A stretch of 64,000 bases of DNA, taken from NCBI RefSeq assembly GCF_006345805.1, contig NC_042997.1:107756001-107820000 (forward strand). Reading direction: 5' to 3'. The notes beneath the pieces are model-generated. The model was not told the origin of the DNA, made no database searches, and worked only from the letters and a program-made list of their open reading frames with translations. Shown in pieces: positions 39,825-52,737 of this stretch. The stretch comes from Octopus sinensis. Taxonomy: Eukaryota. The position numbers and the translations under genes were made by a program. The number at the start of each line of letters is the position of its first letter. The first letter of the stretch is position 1.

Positions 39825-40446
39825 GTGTAAGTTTATATGTATGTATCCGTCTATATAATAGGTAACTGCACGTACATATACTTAATATTTATTATTTATT
39901 TTTGAGTATGCATGTATGAATAACTGCGCGTATATATATTTTACTATTTACTTATTTTTTGAGTATGCATGTAAGTATGAATATAAGGAGGCGCGCGTGT
40001 GTGTGTGTATGTGTAAGCATAGATATATGTATACTTTTACGCATGTGTGTACTTATGTGTATATATGGATGCGCGCGCGTGTGTGTGTGTATGGGTACGC
40101 ATGTACATGTGTATGTGCGTGTATGTGTATATGAGTATGTATGTATGTGTGTGCGTATATTTGTATATGTATGTATGTATATGTATGTGTGTGTATGTAT
40201 ATTTATATATATATATATATATAATATATATGTGTGTGTATATGTATGTATATGTATATGCGTATGTGTATGTATTTGTATGTGTATGCATGCGCGTATA
40301 TATATGTATGTATATGTATACGTGTGGGTGTGTGTATGTGTATAAATGTATGTATGTATGGATGTATGGATGTATGTATGTATACGTATGTATGTGTATG
40401 TGTGTATATGTATGTATGTGTATGTGTGTATATATATATGTATATA

Positions 40447-40477
<31 letters not shown>

Positions 40478-40505
40478 GTATATATATATGTGTATATATA
40501 TGTGA

Positions 40506-40537
<32 letters not shown>

Positions 40538-40943
40538 ATTTGTATGTAGGTGTATATGTATGTGTGTGTATTTATATTTATTGGTGTATATGTATAGACT
40601 AGCCTTCTAAGAGTGTAGACATGAATCTGTAGGTACGCGTACGTATGTGTATATACGTGAATGTATGTAGATGTATGTATGTATGAATATAACGCGTGCG
40701 TGCGTGTATGTGTATGAGTGTACGAATGAGTGAGTGTACGTGCTAAAGAGTGTGCGTGAGTGAATGAGTGCTTGTTTTCCAGTAGACAGATAAATGGACT
40801 GGCTGTCATAGCCAAGATGTTTGTGACCAGCGGTCAAAGATAACAAAAGTAATAAATGAAGATAATAAAATTAAAATTAGGGAATGGGTCTGTATTTGTA
40901 TGTGTATATATATGTGTGTATGTGTAGGTATGCATAGGTACAC

Positions 40944-40997
<54 letters not shown>

Positions 40998-41355
40998 ATG
41001 TATGTGTGTGTATATATGTGTGTATGTGTATATATGTGTATATAGGGACTAGTGTGCTGTGTGTGCATGTGTGTGTGTGGATATGTGTGTGTATGCGTGT
41101 ATGTGAGTATGTGTGTGTATGTGTATATATATTTTTCTGTGTGTATATGTATGTGTGGTCGTGTGTGTATATATACATGTGTGTATACGTGTATGCATGT
41201 GAGTGTGTGTATGTATACATATATGTGTATGTGTAGATATGTATATGTATGTGTAAGTGTATATATATGTATATATGTGTGTGTGTATGTATGTGTGTAT
41301 GTATATGTATATATGTTTGTATGTGTGTGTATATATGTATACATATGTGCATAGG
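39361..41355. repeat. Dense (TA)n/(TG)n/(TATG)n microsatellite field
   Basis: Nearly continuous dinucleotide mosaics; source of the many spurious YIYI/CVCV ORFs. Confidence 0.95.
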
Positions 41356-41620
41356 TATAAGTGAGAATCTCCTTATTTACCTAAAACTCTATTCCCTTTT
41401 TTTATATATATTTTTTTTATATATATATTTTTTAATTTTTTTATTTATTCTTCTATCTAATTTAACACTGACTCCTTGACCACTCCCCCAAGTATGATAT
41501 TTTGCGCTATGCCTACCCCCAAAAAGTCCCCCACCAACCTGCCTAAATGTATAAATGGCAATACAATTCTTGTTAACTAGCTTCCTGAAGATTTCTCTTG
41601 AATGAAACAGTTCTAGTCCT
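39450..41620. repeat. ~220-bp inverted repeat pair (39450-39670 / ~41400-41620)
   Basis: aggactagaactgtttcattcaagag...gaataaa is mirrored by tttattc...gaatgaaacagttctagtcct; one 12-bp indel. Confidence 0.9.
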
Positions 41621-42022
41621 GTAGAAGCTCCTTCTATATAATAAATTAATTTTACTCTGCTATGTATTGAGTACCTTATTTACTGTGGTTAACCCCGAAT
41701 CAACCCGGGACCTACATATATATTATATATATATACCAATTAAGGACTGCACACGAAAAGTGGACAGTCAACATGCTAGATATAGATGTCAAATCGCCCA
41801 AGTATGATATTTTGCGCTATGCCTACCCCCAAAAAGTCCCCCACCAACCTGCCTAAATGTATAAATGGCAATACAATTCTTGTTAACTAGCTTCCTGAAG
41901 ATTTCTCTTGAATGAAACAGTTCTAGTCCTGTAGAAGCTCCTTCTATATAATAAATTAATTTTACTCTGCTATGTATTGAGTACCTTATTTACTGTGGTT
42001 AACCCCGAATCAACCCGGGACC

Positions 42023-42058
<36 letters not shown>

Positions 42059-42061
42059 TAT

Positions 42062-42109
<48 letters not shown>

Positions 42110-42184
42110 ATATATATAACCAATTAAGGACTGCACACGAAAAGTGGACAGTCAACATGCTAGATATAGACGTCAAATCGCCAT
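41490..42184. repeat. Tandem duplication of a 308-bp unit
   Basis: caagtatgatattttgcgc...gatgtcaaatcgcc restarts at 41798; the internal (TA)n is ~20 bp in copy 1 and ~90 bp in copy 2. Confidence 0.9.
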
Positions 42185-43270
42185 CTCCACAAAAAGTTTA
42201 TGTTCTCAGATCAAACTCAGCAAAACCAAAGCAATAAACAAGTGAAAAATATACGAAATAAATATTTACCCATGTACTAAATTTAGTTTCAGCTGTTATT
42301 TTCCGCAAGGAAAAGTGCAGCATCATCAGCATGGTCCCATATAAAATGTAATTTGCTGGACTAAATGCCAACACGACACCAAAATATCACGTGCATGGAG
42401 TACGGCCTATTACATTTGAAATATATATTTCAAATGCCTCTACTTTTGGCGCGGTGAGACCCGAGAAAACTAGCCTGCAGCTAATAGTTAGCAGCAGTTA
42501 ATTTATCGGTTAGAGAACAAATATTTATAAAATTAAATTTAGGGTAAAAATTGATATTTATCAATTAGAACCAGTGGTCTAGCATATTAAAGAAAGAATC
42601 CGAAGATTAAAATATTTATATATACCAATTAAGGACTGCACACGAAAAGTGGACAGTCAACATGCTAGATATAGACGTCAAATCGCCATTCTCCACAAAA
42701 AGTTTATGTTCTCAGATCAAACTCAGCAAAACCAAAGCAATCATTTTTACCCTAAATTTAATTTTATAAATATTTGTTCTCTAACCGATAAATTAACTGC
42801 TGCTAACTATTAGCTGCAGGCTAGTTTTCCCGGGTCACACCGCGCCAAAAGTAGAGGCATTTGAAATATATATTTCAAATGTAATAGGCCGTACTCCATG
42901 CACGTGATATTTTGGTGTCGTGTTGGCATTTAGTCCAGCAAATTACATTTTATATGGGACCATGCTGATGATGCTGCACTTTTCCTTGCGGAAAATAACA
43001 GCTGAAACTAAATTTAGTACATGGGTAAATATTTATTTCGTATATTTTTCACTTGTTTATTGCTTTGGTTTTGCTAAGTTTGATCTGAGAACATAAACTT
43101 TTTGTGAAGAATGGCGATTTGACGTCTATATCTAGCATGTTGACTGTCCACCTTTCGTGTGCAGTCCTTAATTGGTATATATAAATATTTTGATCTTCGG
43201 ATTCTTTCTTTAATATGCTAGACCACTGGTTCTAATTGATAAATATCAATTTTTACTCTAAATTTAATTT
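42119..43270. repeat. 505-bp unit in tandem plus inverted arrangement
   Basis: Order A-B-C-A (42119-42741), then reverse complement B'-A'-C'-b' (42743-43270); a few substitutions between arms. Confidence 0.92.
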
Positions 43271-43298
43271 AATAATTATATATATATATATATTATAT

Positions 43299-43332
<34 letters not shown>

Positions 43333-43377
43333 ATATTATATATATATATATATAATATATATATATATATAATATGT

Positions 43378-43430
<53 letters not shown>

Positions 43431-43439
43431 TATCTTATA

Positions 43440-46166
43440 TCTATATATATAAAGCTGAAGTTGTCTGTGTGTGTGTGGGGAGGGGGGCAGGTTTTTGGTA
43501 GCCTTCAACTAACACTATCTCCTCCGAGACCCTGCGGCGCAAGTTGACCAAAATTGAGAGTATGATAGAAGAAAGCTTGCTCTTCATTCCGTAGAAGACA
43601 AAATTCAAATTGGACCATGTTAAGACCAAAAATTATGTACATAAATATGTGCTTTTTTTTCTACGAAAACCTCTAATGTTTACGATTTTTTGACTGCTGT
43701 GTCGCTATTTTTCGGTGTATTTCAACCAGAAAAATGTTCACTTGAAGAGAATAACAAGCTACATAATGCAAAATTTTTACTTTTCAAAAATTCCAATTCT
43801 AAAGGGTCGAAATGAATTTTTTTGTGATGTCATTGGTTTTGAGCGAACGACGGATCAGCTGATCCAATGCAGAGGAGTAATGTTCGCTGCGTGAATGCAC
43901 TAATTTTCAAGGTCGTCAACTGCTTCAGCGTTGAGTAGAATTTAGCGATTTCAATCGATTTTTTGTGAGAAAAACTAATTGCATTAGCGTAAGACAGAAC
44001 ATTTTGCTTAGTCATTTGGATTGCACTGCCTTTGTATGCTGCAACAGATTAGAGCTGCTATGAGCGTTATACATTGTAAGTTTTTTCCTAAATATTTTAA
44101 AAAATACCAACTTAACTACAGCTGTCAAAAACTTATCTTTGCTACTATACAAGAACTGTTTACCTTCTTTTATGGATTTCGAACTGAGACATTCTTTCTT
44201 AATTATTGTTCAGTAACTATTAAATGAATTTATTGGTGATAACTAACGGAAACATGTAAAATAAAAAAAAATTGTGGTGCATGTTGACGTAGTAGGAATT
44301 AAAAACCCACCTCTTTTTACGTTTTACTTTTTGAAATTTCTTCGCATTTAAGATATACTTTTTGCCACATCATTTTGCCTAAATGTGCTTCACACGACAA
44401 TGCCTAAAAAAAGAAGGCTATAATACAATCGACCCGAAAACAGATGATGAAAGGAAGGAGGCTTCATTCAGCGTCGTTGAGTAGTAGAGAGTCTGAAATT
44501 GCGGGGAGTTCGATTCATGTGGCTGTTATGTCCATAGATGAGCGTTGCTTGAATCGACGGGAGGGAGATAATGTTCCCATTGCATCTTCTCATTCAACTG
44601 AAAATGATGACAAGACTTCGATTCAAGGCAGCAGTAATGCCTCAGCAACTACATTCCCACAGGCTGCGCTGAATAACGAAAATGTTCGACATCAGAACGA
44701 AGGAAATGCAACGATTAATGCAGATGTATAAGCTGCAGACAAAAATAATCGGTGTAGACTTCGTTTAGACCGAAAATGCTGCAGCTACACGAGCTGCAAG
44801 AACTGCAGAGAACGATGGCTCAACGTGAACTACGTCTGAGTAGAAACGCTGCCTCTGCGACATTTGCCAGAGTTGCAGAGACAGCAGATAACAGATCCAA
44901 TCGACTAGGGAGTGTTTCTCAGTACAGGGCCAATAGGCAAGGTATTTCGAGAGCAGTAAAATCACGATGGTCATTGAAGGCTTTCAATTATATTCCTACT
45001 AATGATTTATGCAGACCACCCTGACAATCAGATTGGCAGCATGTCTAAAACTTGTCAATTTTGCAATGCTAAAAAATGGGTAGGTGAACCAGCGGGATTG
45101 TGCTGTTCAAATGGAAAGGTAAAACTCTCTACACCTAGGGACCCACCACAATCACTTAAACTTTTTACAGGTACCCATTCTCTCTCAAGGGCCTTCCTTA
45201 AAGATATCCGACATTACAATTGCGCCTTCCAGATGACCTCATTTGGATCCAGTTATAAATTTGATGAGAGGGAATTTATGACAACTTTTAAAGTTCATGG
45301 TCAGGTGCATCATTTTATCGGCTCTCTGCAGCCTGTTGATAATAATCCACCGCAATTTCTCCAGGTATACTTTATTTCAGACAGCTTTCAACTGGCAGCA
45401 AGGCGAAATGTATTTGCCTTCACAGATGAAAACGACAAATACTCAATTAAACTGCAAGCTAGAATGGGGCTTCTTCTTGAACTGCAGGAAATGCTACACA
45501 GGCACAACAGCTACGTTTAGAGCTTTAAATACGCTTTGGAATCGGCTCCTATGGAAAATTTCAGCGTTGTCATTGATGCTGATAAGCGGCCATCCGGTGA
45601 ACACGGATTCTCCTTCTTTCAATGAGGTCGCGATACTTCTATCTGGGGAGGAGGTTAACAAACGTGACATCGTTATTAAATATCGAGAGCGTGGACTTCA
45701 GCGCATTAATGAGTTAAGCAGATCATACGATCCACTACAATATTCCCTGGCTTACGTTTACGTAGAGGATGGATACCATATCGGTATTCCACATTGGAAT
45801 TCCTCTACAAAAACCGTTTCGTGTAAGGAATTCTACGCATTCCGATTTATGATAAGAGATAACCGTTTCAATTACTTCCACCGCTGCCAAGACTTCTTTA
45901 ACCAAAATGCTACTGATGTGTGCAAAAATGGAATCTGAGCTGCGACAGTTATATACACCTACGTGATGGAATGGATAACGATGCTGACCATAAAAGTCTG
46001 GGAAAAGTATGCATTCTTCCTTCTACCTTCACAGGTAGCCCTCAATATATGCACGAAAAGACTCAAGATGCAATGGTAATTGTAAGACATTACGGTCGTC
46101 CATATTTATTCATAACTAAAGCGCAACTAAAAAACAAGCCCGAGTAACGCCGGGCTATGCTGCTAG
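43440..46166 (+). mobile_element. Helitron with both termini, retaining only a decayed Rep N-terminal region
   Basis: A|TCTATATATATAAAG...CCCG-AGTAACGC-CGGG-CTATGCTG-CTAG|T; CQFCNAKKWVGEPAGLCCSNGKV, YNCAFQMTSFG, YDPLQY, ILPSTFTGSPQYM, YGRPYLFIT; no helicase. Confidence 0.9.
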
Positions 46167-46429
46167 TATATATATATATATCTGGATACAGTCACTAAGT
46201 GGACACAAGCGGGCAAGAATCTGGGTCCAAGGTTCAATCGTGACATGGTTTGTTGTCGCTCTCTTAATCTCTTAATCTGATTAGCGAGAATTGATTTAAA
46301 CCCCGAAATGTAAGCTAAGGAAACGCTTTTCCTTTGGTACAGTTGTGATCTGAGTGTTGAGTTGTAGATGTAATAAGACTTGGGATATTTGAGTGTTAAA
46401 TCTTGGAATATCTAAATGTTGTGGCCATA

Positions 46430-46640
46430 GATACTGAGTAAAGCCTAAGACTCCGAGTAAGGCCATTGGTACTGAGTAAGGCCTTAAACCTCGGGTAAGA
46501 TCCTAGTCGTTGAGTGAAGCCATTGGTATGCAGTACCAATGACTGACCGAAGGCCGTTGGTATTATTAAAGACTACAGACACCGACTAAGGCCATTGACG
46601 CCGAGCAAGGCCTTAGGCTAAATAAGGCCATTGGCACCAA
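46430..46640. repeat. Degenerate ~18-20-bp minisatellite
   Basis: Recurrent (c/t)gagtaaggcc(attgg/tta) units; no open frame. Confidence 0.55.
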
Positions 46641-48336
46641 GTATTATTTATCAATTTTTCGAAACTTAATTCTAATAACTTGATGGTCAATCTCATACCA
46701 TAGTTAGCTGAACTCAGGAATTGGGGGTCTAATGATTAAAGATAGAACACAGTCAATTGTTGCGATGGAAAACTTTTAATCTACTATTGAGACTAGAGAC
46801 AATAGTCAAGTTTCCACTAATCCCCCTCTGTACATTTCCATATCTACAGCCAAAGCAAGACGCCTTCTTTACTTTCCATGCCAGTATTTATACACGAAAG
46901 ACAAAAAGGAAGTCTTTAATCAACGTCAGAAATAAAGACAAACGACTGATGTAGTTTGTTGTTTTATTATACAAAGCAGTTTCTCTTTTGTTTTCTCTTC
47001 CTTATAATTCATTCATCAATGATTAACTTTAAGAAAGTTATTGGGCTTTAAGATCTCACTTATTCCAAATTATAATTCAACGAGTATTACAACTGTTAGT
47101 TTCTATCAAATATTTCCCTCGGAATTCACTTTTATTCTGTCATTGGTTTTTATGTAGGAATTTAGAATAGAAATCCAGTATTCAAAAATCCGCCAGACGT
47201 TCTGTAAAAACAAATTAGAGAATAAATACAGACAAAACATTAGCAACTATCCAAGAGAAAAATAAAGAAGAATGTCATTTATCTTCAACCATTAAACACA
47301 TAAGGAAAACAATGTCCAGTTCTATATTTAAGAGATGAGGACAAATATCCGTCAAATGTAAATAATGTAAAGCAATGTCTTCTAATTGTAGTTTGCTTGT
47401 TTTCTAAAGTTAGAAATTCTTGAAAAGAGACAAAATCTTGGCGATATTTCTACGAACAAGAGATTATTCGCCAAAGCAAAATTCTCTTTAATCAGGGATG
47501 ACACCAAGATATTCAACACCATCGTGAAGTCCTACAATACGCGCTGTCTCTCAGCGCTATTATATGTAATCCCTTTTCTCAGCACTACGATGGGTGCTCC
47601 CTATTCTCAACCCTGCAATGTGCGTCCCTTCAACCACCATCCCACTTTATACCATCATAACAATGCATTCTCCACCACCACCACCACCACCACCACCACA
47701 CCACACCACCACCACCACCACCACCACCAAATTATAATTAAATTGCCAACAAGAAATCTATAGCTTTTACGGCCCCTTATGTCATAGGAAAACTTAAAAT
47801 GTTTCATGAAAATCATGTGACAGGTCATAAGACCGCACGACTTTCCTGTCTACTTCCACCTATCCACTGTTGCTTTCTATTTTTCCCTGTTCTTGAATTG
47901 ACCTCCTTTTCTCGCTTTATTGTTTTTATGTTTTTAGTTGGATAAAGAAGTTTTGTCTCTGTTGTTAAGTGTTTGCTTGATGTCACCAACTTTCGGGGCC
48001 TCAGGCAATCGTCTGCTTTGCCTGCAGCTTAGCCCCGTCTCCTCGACACTTCAATCATCTCCAATGTTATCCTGACAACAGCGCAACTCGCTTATGCAGA
48101 CGACAGTTGAAGGAATTACGACATCTGGAGTGTCAAAGATAAAGGAGTAGCAAAATTTCTTACGGTATTTACAGGTTAAGTTGTTTTTGTCTAGCTCCAG
48201 GTTAACCCTGATGAGGTAGACCTCCATTCCAGCCATGATCATCCTGTCTTTTTTCTGATGTGAAGGGGACACAGGACCGTATTATTCAATGTTTTTTCTT
48301 CTTCTTAGGTAGCGGTGTAAGTGTGTGTGTGTGTGT

Positions 48337-48745
48337 TAGTTAGTTAGTTAGTTAGTTAGTTAATTTGGCTCAAAAGCAAATAGCAAGGCCATGTAGGGGG
48401 ACATGGAGTTAAGTACAGGGTGGTGTTCATGTAAAGAGTTCAGGCCACTTGAGGTCCAGGAAGGCTTTGAACAAAGCGGTCGTCGGCATCTTCACCATCT
48501 CGTCTGGCAGCTTGTTCCACGGATCCGCAACCCGGACGGAGAAAGCTCCTCTCCTTCGATTGAGATGAAATCGTCGCAGGTAGAGCTTTTCGGAATGACC
48601 CCGCAGCCGACGCTCCGGAGCAGGAGTGAAGAACAGCTCTTTCGAGAGGTTACACTTCCCGCTTATGATGTTGTGGGCGAGAATGAGATCACCACGGCGG
48701 CGGCGTTTTTCAAGAGAACAAAGGTCGAGCGTCCTCAGCCTTTCT

Positions 48746-48747
<2 letters not shown>
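48337..48747 (-). mobile_element. CR1-clade LINE 3' end with (TAAC)n tail inserted in (TG)n
   Basis: Open frame 48747-48427: EERLRTLDLCSLEKRRRRGDLI...RGHSEKL...FSVRVADPWNKLP...FKAFLD*; both flanks are (TG)n. Confidence 0.85.
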
Positions 48748-48844
<97 letters not shown>

Positions 48845-50419
48845 CAGAGTGATCTGAGGTATCTTTGTCTTCTGTTTCTAGTATATTGTGTGATCACATA
48901 GAAGATCGTTACTATAAAATTTTCCCGATTATAAACTGTCACATCCTATATTTCTCTCCCTTCCATTAGAACTGATCGATTCGACAACGAAATCTGAGAT
49001 GTTTAATTGACCAAGTTTATTACAGATATTGTGATACCAACCATAGATCAATACCGAAGTTTATTGAATTATAATTTTGATGTTTTCCGGAAAGCCATGA
49101 ACGCCACAACTTCGGATCCTTAACGATTACTGAATTTGATTTCTGGGGAATTGCTGTTTCAACTTCAGTTGGTAGGTTGTCAGTCTACCAATGGTATGAT
49201 TTGCTCAGCAAGACCAGAAGGAGGAGGAGAGGGGCTGTGCTAATGTTTAAAATACACTTTTGAAAATTTAGTGAAACCATTTTAAATATATCTTCTTTTT
49301 ACCATTATACATCTACCTAGATGTTAAAAACATTACGTTCAACTTCTCAACAGTGCTTTCAACGCAGCCTCGTACACCGCAAGTTGCATTCTTCACACGT
49401 TGTTATACGATTCTGTTTTTATTACTATTTTCGTATGAAATAAGTTATTTACTTACTCTCTAGGCACTCCGCGGAGGAATTGGTATTTTCTTGTATTTCC
49501 AAATTGTGTATTTTTTCTTTTTAGACGTCGTGCCACCTGTGGTAAAAGAAACATTTCCAATAAGATGAAGAAACGATAGAAACGTAATTATTTTCACATT
49601 CATTCTGTTTCTCACATCACCTCATCAACCCGAAAAATATAAATATTATTGTCATCATATTACAACAGAAATATGACAGAAATCTCCTGCTTTTCGCAGT
49701 TTTATTTCAAACATGTGTGCTGGTTTTCGTAGTGGGCGGGAAGTTCTCTGTGAACCATTTCTAAAATCAGCCTCCAATGACTGACTGCAGCTATTTAATT
49801 TCACTTACTACGCTAATAGTCTTTAAAAAAGACCCACACGATGTCCAATTCTATTTAGTCTTCACCAAGAGTGCACGTTCTGATGTAATCATTCATTATT
49901 TTAGGCGGAGCACGTGAGCGATACGCGTGCTAATAAATTTTTCGTAGAGAATTCTAGTTTCGACTCGTGACGAAAGTTGATATTTTACAAGTCTGTTAGC
50001 AACGCCCCACAGAAAGTTACGATCAATTCACTGTCTTAAAAATCTAGATGCTGTGCCAAATGGTAACAAAACTAGGGTGGTGAAATATTCAGAGTCGATC
50101 CCGAAAGGATGAAAGGTAAAATTAATCTGTGCGGAAGTTGAACTCAGAACGGAAAGAGTCCGACGCGTCAACGACTCTGCCAAGTCATTGTCTTAAAAAT
50201 TAATGATTTCAAATTTTGGCACAAGGCCAGAAACTTCGGGGGAGGGTTGTAAGTTGATTACATTGACACTCTTGTTCAACTGGTACATGTTTTATCGATC
50301 TCAAAAGGATGGAAGGCTAAGTCGACTTCGGCGGAATTTAAATTCAGAATGTAAAGACGAACGAAGTACCGTGAAGCATTTTCTCCGGCGTGCTAACGAT
50401 TCAGGCAGCTCACTGCCTT

Positions 50420-50632
<213 letters not shown>

Positions 50633-50639
50633 AACAATA

Positions 50640-51112
50640 ACAAGAATAATTGCAAAATCTTATGGGATACAATGATCCAGTGCGATCACCCAACCAGACA
50701 TCGGAAACGGGACATTGTTGTGGTGAATAAAACAGAAAGAACATGCGTGATAATCGACATGGCATGTCTCGGTGACAACAGAATCAATGTCAAAGAAGAA
50801 GAAAAAATAAACTATGACGATTTAAAGTGGGAAATACGAAGGTTGTGGTCAATGAAGAGAGTAGACTGATGTCAAAAGTAGTAATTGGTGCACTTGGAAG
50901 TATCAGCACTCAACTACCATCATGGCTGAAAAAGATCGTTGCAAGTGTGAAGGTAGAACACTGACAAAAATCAGCATTGCTTGGAACTTCAAGAATTCTT
51001 CACGGGGTTCTTGAAGCATGACCAGTAAAACAAGTGTCACCTTAGTCTGCTGGCTGTGGACAGCTGACACTTTCCATAATACCCAGCAAAATAAGTTGTG
51101 AGTTTTTAACAC
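50640..51112 (+). mobile_element. R4/Dong-like 3' fragment (RLE domain)
   Basis: KILWDTMIQCDH..HRKRDIVVVNK...IIDMACLGD...KEEEKINYDDLKWEIRRLW; followed by (AAT)n. Confidence 0.8.
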
Positions 51113-51339
51113 ATAATAATAATAATAATTTCACATTTTTCCACAAGGGCAGCCATTTTAGGGGAGGGGATAAGTCGATTAAATCGACCCTAGTGTTTCA
51201 CTGGTACTTTATTAATCGACCCCAAAAGGATGAAAGGCAAAGTAGGTCTCGGCAGAATTTGAACTCAGAACGTAGCGATGGACGAAATACCGCTAAGCAT
51301 TACGTCCAGCGTGCTAACGATTCTGCCACCTCACCGCCT

Positions 51340-51370
<31 letters not shown>

Positions 51371-51394
51371 AATAACAACAACAACAACAACAAC

Positions 51395-51445
<51 letters not shown>

Positions 51446-51479
51446 AATAACAACAACAACAACAACAACAACAATAATA

Positions 51480-51520
<41 letters not shown>

Positions 51521-51821
51521 TAATAATAATAAATAATTTGGAGCATGAGAACAGTAAAGGTCGTGCCTATAATAATTGACCAAGATATAGCCAAATGGCT
51601 GAAGGAGATTAAAATAGAATGCCCGATAGAACTCCTATAGAAAGTTTGCCTCTTAGGGACTGCAAGGATTACCAGGAGGGTTCTAAGCACTGGAAAGACA
51701 GCTGAAAACTTGTGGATGCCTAAGGTTACTGGTAGATACCCCTTACCCACATAAATCCTACCAGGAATAAGACCGAACCTGAGCTTTATTTCAATATAAT
51801 TATTGTTGTTGTTATTATTGC

Positions 51822-51894
<73 letters not shown>

Positions 51895-51978
51895 TTTTTT
51901 TTTTTTTAATTTTAATTTTTTTTTTCCTTCTTTCTTCAAATTTTCTTCCGTTTCTCGCCGAGTGTTTTCCATACATTA

Positions 51979-52077
<99 letters not shown>

Positions 52078-52100
52078 TTAATAATAATAATAATAATAAT
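51340..52100. repeat. (AAT)n/(AAC)n and (ATT)n tracts
   Basis: 51340-51532 AAT/AAC; 51798-51892 ATT; 51980-52100 ATT switching to AAT. Confidence 0.9.
51533..51797 (+). mobile_element. R4/Dong-like 3' fragment
   Basis: WSMRTVKVVPII...IECPIELL*KVCLLGTARI; its 3' UTR matches the reverse complement of 57390-57510. Confidence 0.8.
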
Positions 52101-52140
52101 TTCATGTATTTGCTACAAAGGCGAAGGATGGGAGGGACAA

Positions 52141-52345
52141 TACAAATAATATGTACGAAATATCCTGGCTATGGAAAATGAAGAAGGTGAAGATAGTGCC
52201 AATTATTGTTGGGATCTTGGGGAGAGTATCAGAAGGCATCAACAGGAATATAAAGGAAATCGGAATAGAGTGCCCAGTAGAACTGTTACAAAAGGTTTGC
52301 CTCCTTGGCACGGCTAGAATAATCAAGAAAGTATTAGATAACTTA
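52141..52345 (+). mobile_element. R4/Dong-like 3' fragment
   Basis: ORF 52151-52393: WKMKKVKIVPIIVGILG...IGIECPVELLQKVCLLGTARIIKKVLD. Confidence 0.8.
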
Positions 52346-52636
52346 AAAGAATGGATAACATGGTACCGTAGGCTGCATTTCACTGGTATTTAATTTATCG
52401 ACCCCCAAAAGATGAAAGGCAAAGTCGACCTCGACGGAATTTGAACTCAGAACATAACGACGGGCGAAATGCTGTGAAGCATTTCGTCCAGCGTGCTAAC
52501 GATTCTACCAGATCGAATGGTAATACCATATTTGCTGAAGTATCCAAATTAAACAAAGAATATAAGGAAGGAAATAAAAATAAAGAAGTTAAAAAATCAA
52601 AAATAAAATTAAAAAAAATTAATTAATGACGTTTAC

Positions 52637-52737
52637 CTGTAATTAAGGATACCACGTTACCTAAGATTAATACAATGACTACTGCTATAAAGGCATACCA
52701 CAGGTAAGATATTGAGTAAAAACCATCCCAGCCGGAC
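52637..52737 (-). CDS. SLC5 symporter exon (last one identified; terminal exon not found)
   Basis: tttcag|G completes Arg; SGWDGFYSISYLWYAFIAVVIVLILGNVVSLIT+G|gtaaac; YSISYLWY motif typical of the family. Confidence 0.85.

Noticed and set aside
39346-41479. Many long ORFs ([12 protein letters not shown] repeats), including a 287-aa one
   Set aside because: These are translations of dinucleotide microsatellites with no real coding signal.
48950-49160. Candidate SLC5 terminal exon (IVKDPKLW... or LIYGWYHNIC frames)
   Set aside because: No frame gives both a good acceptor in the required phase and a stop-free family-like sequence.
52380-52535. Cryptic acceptor (ttcag) running into a SINE as an alternative SLC5 last exon
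   Set aside because: It would give Ala rather than the usual Gly after SLIT and reads into repeat sequence; no transcript evidence is available.
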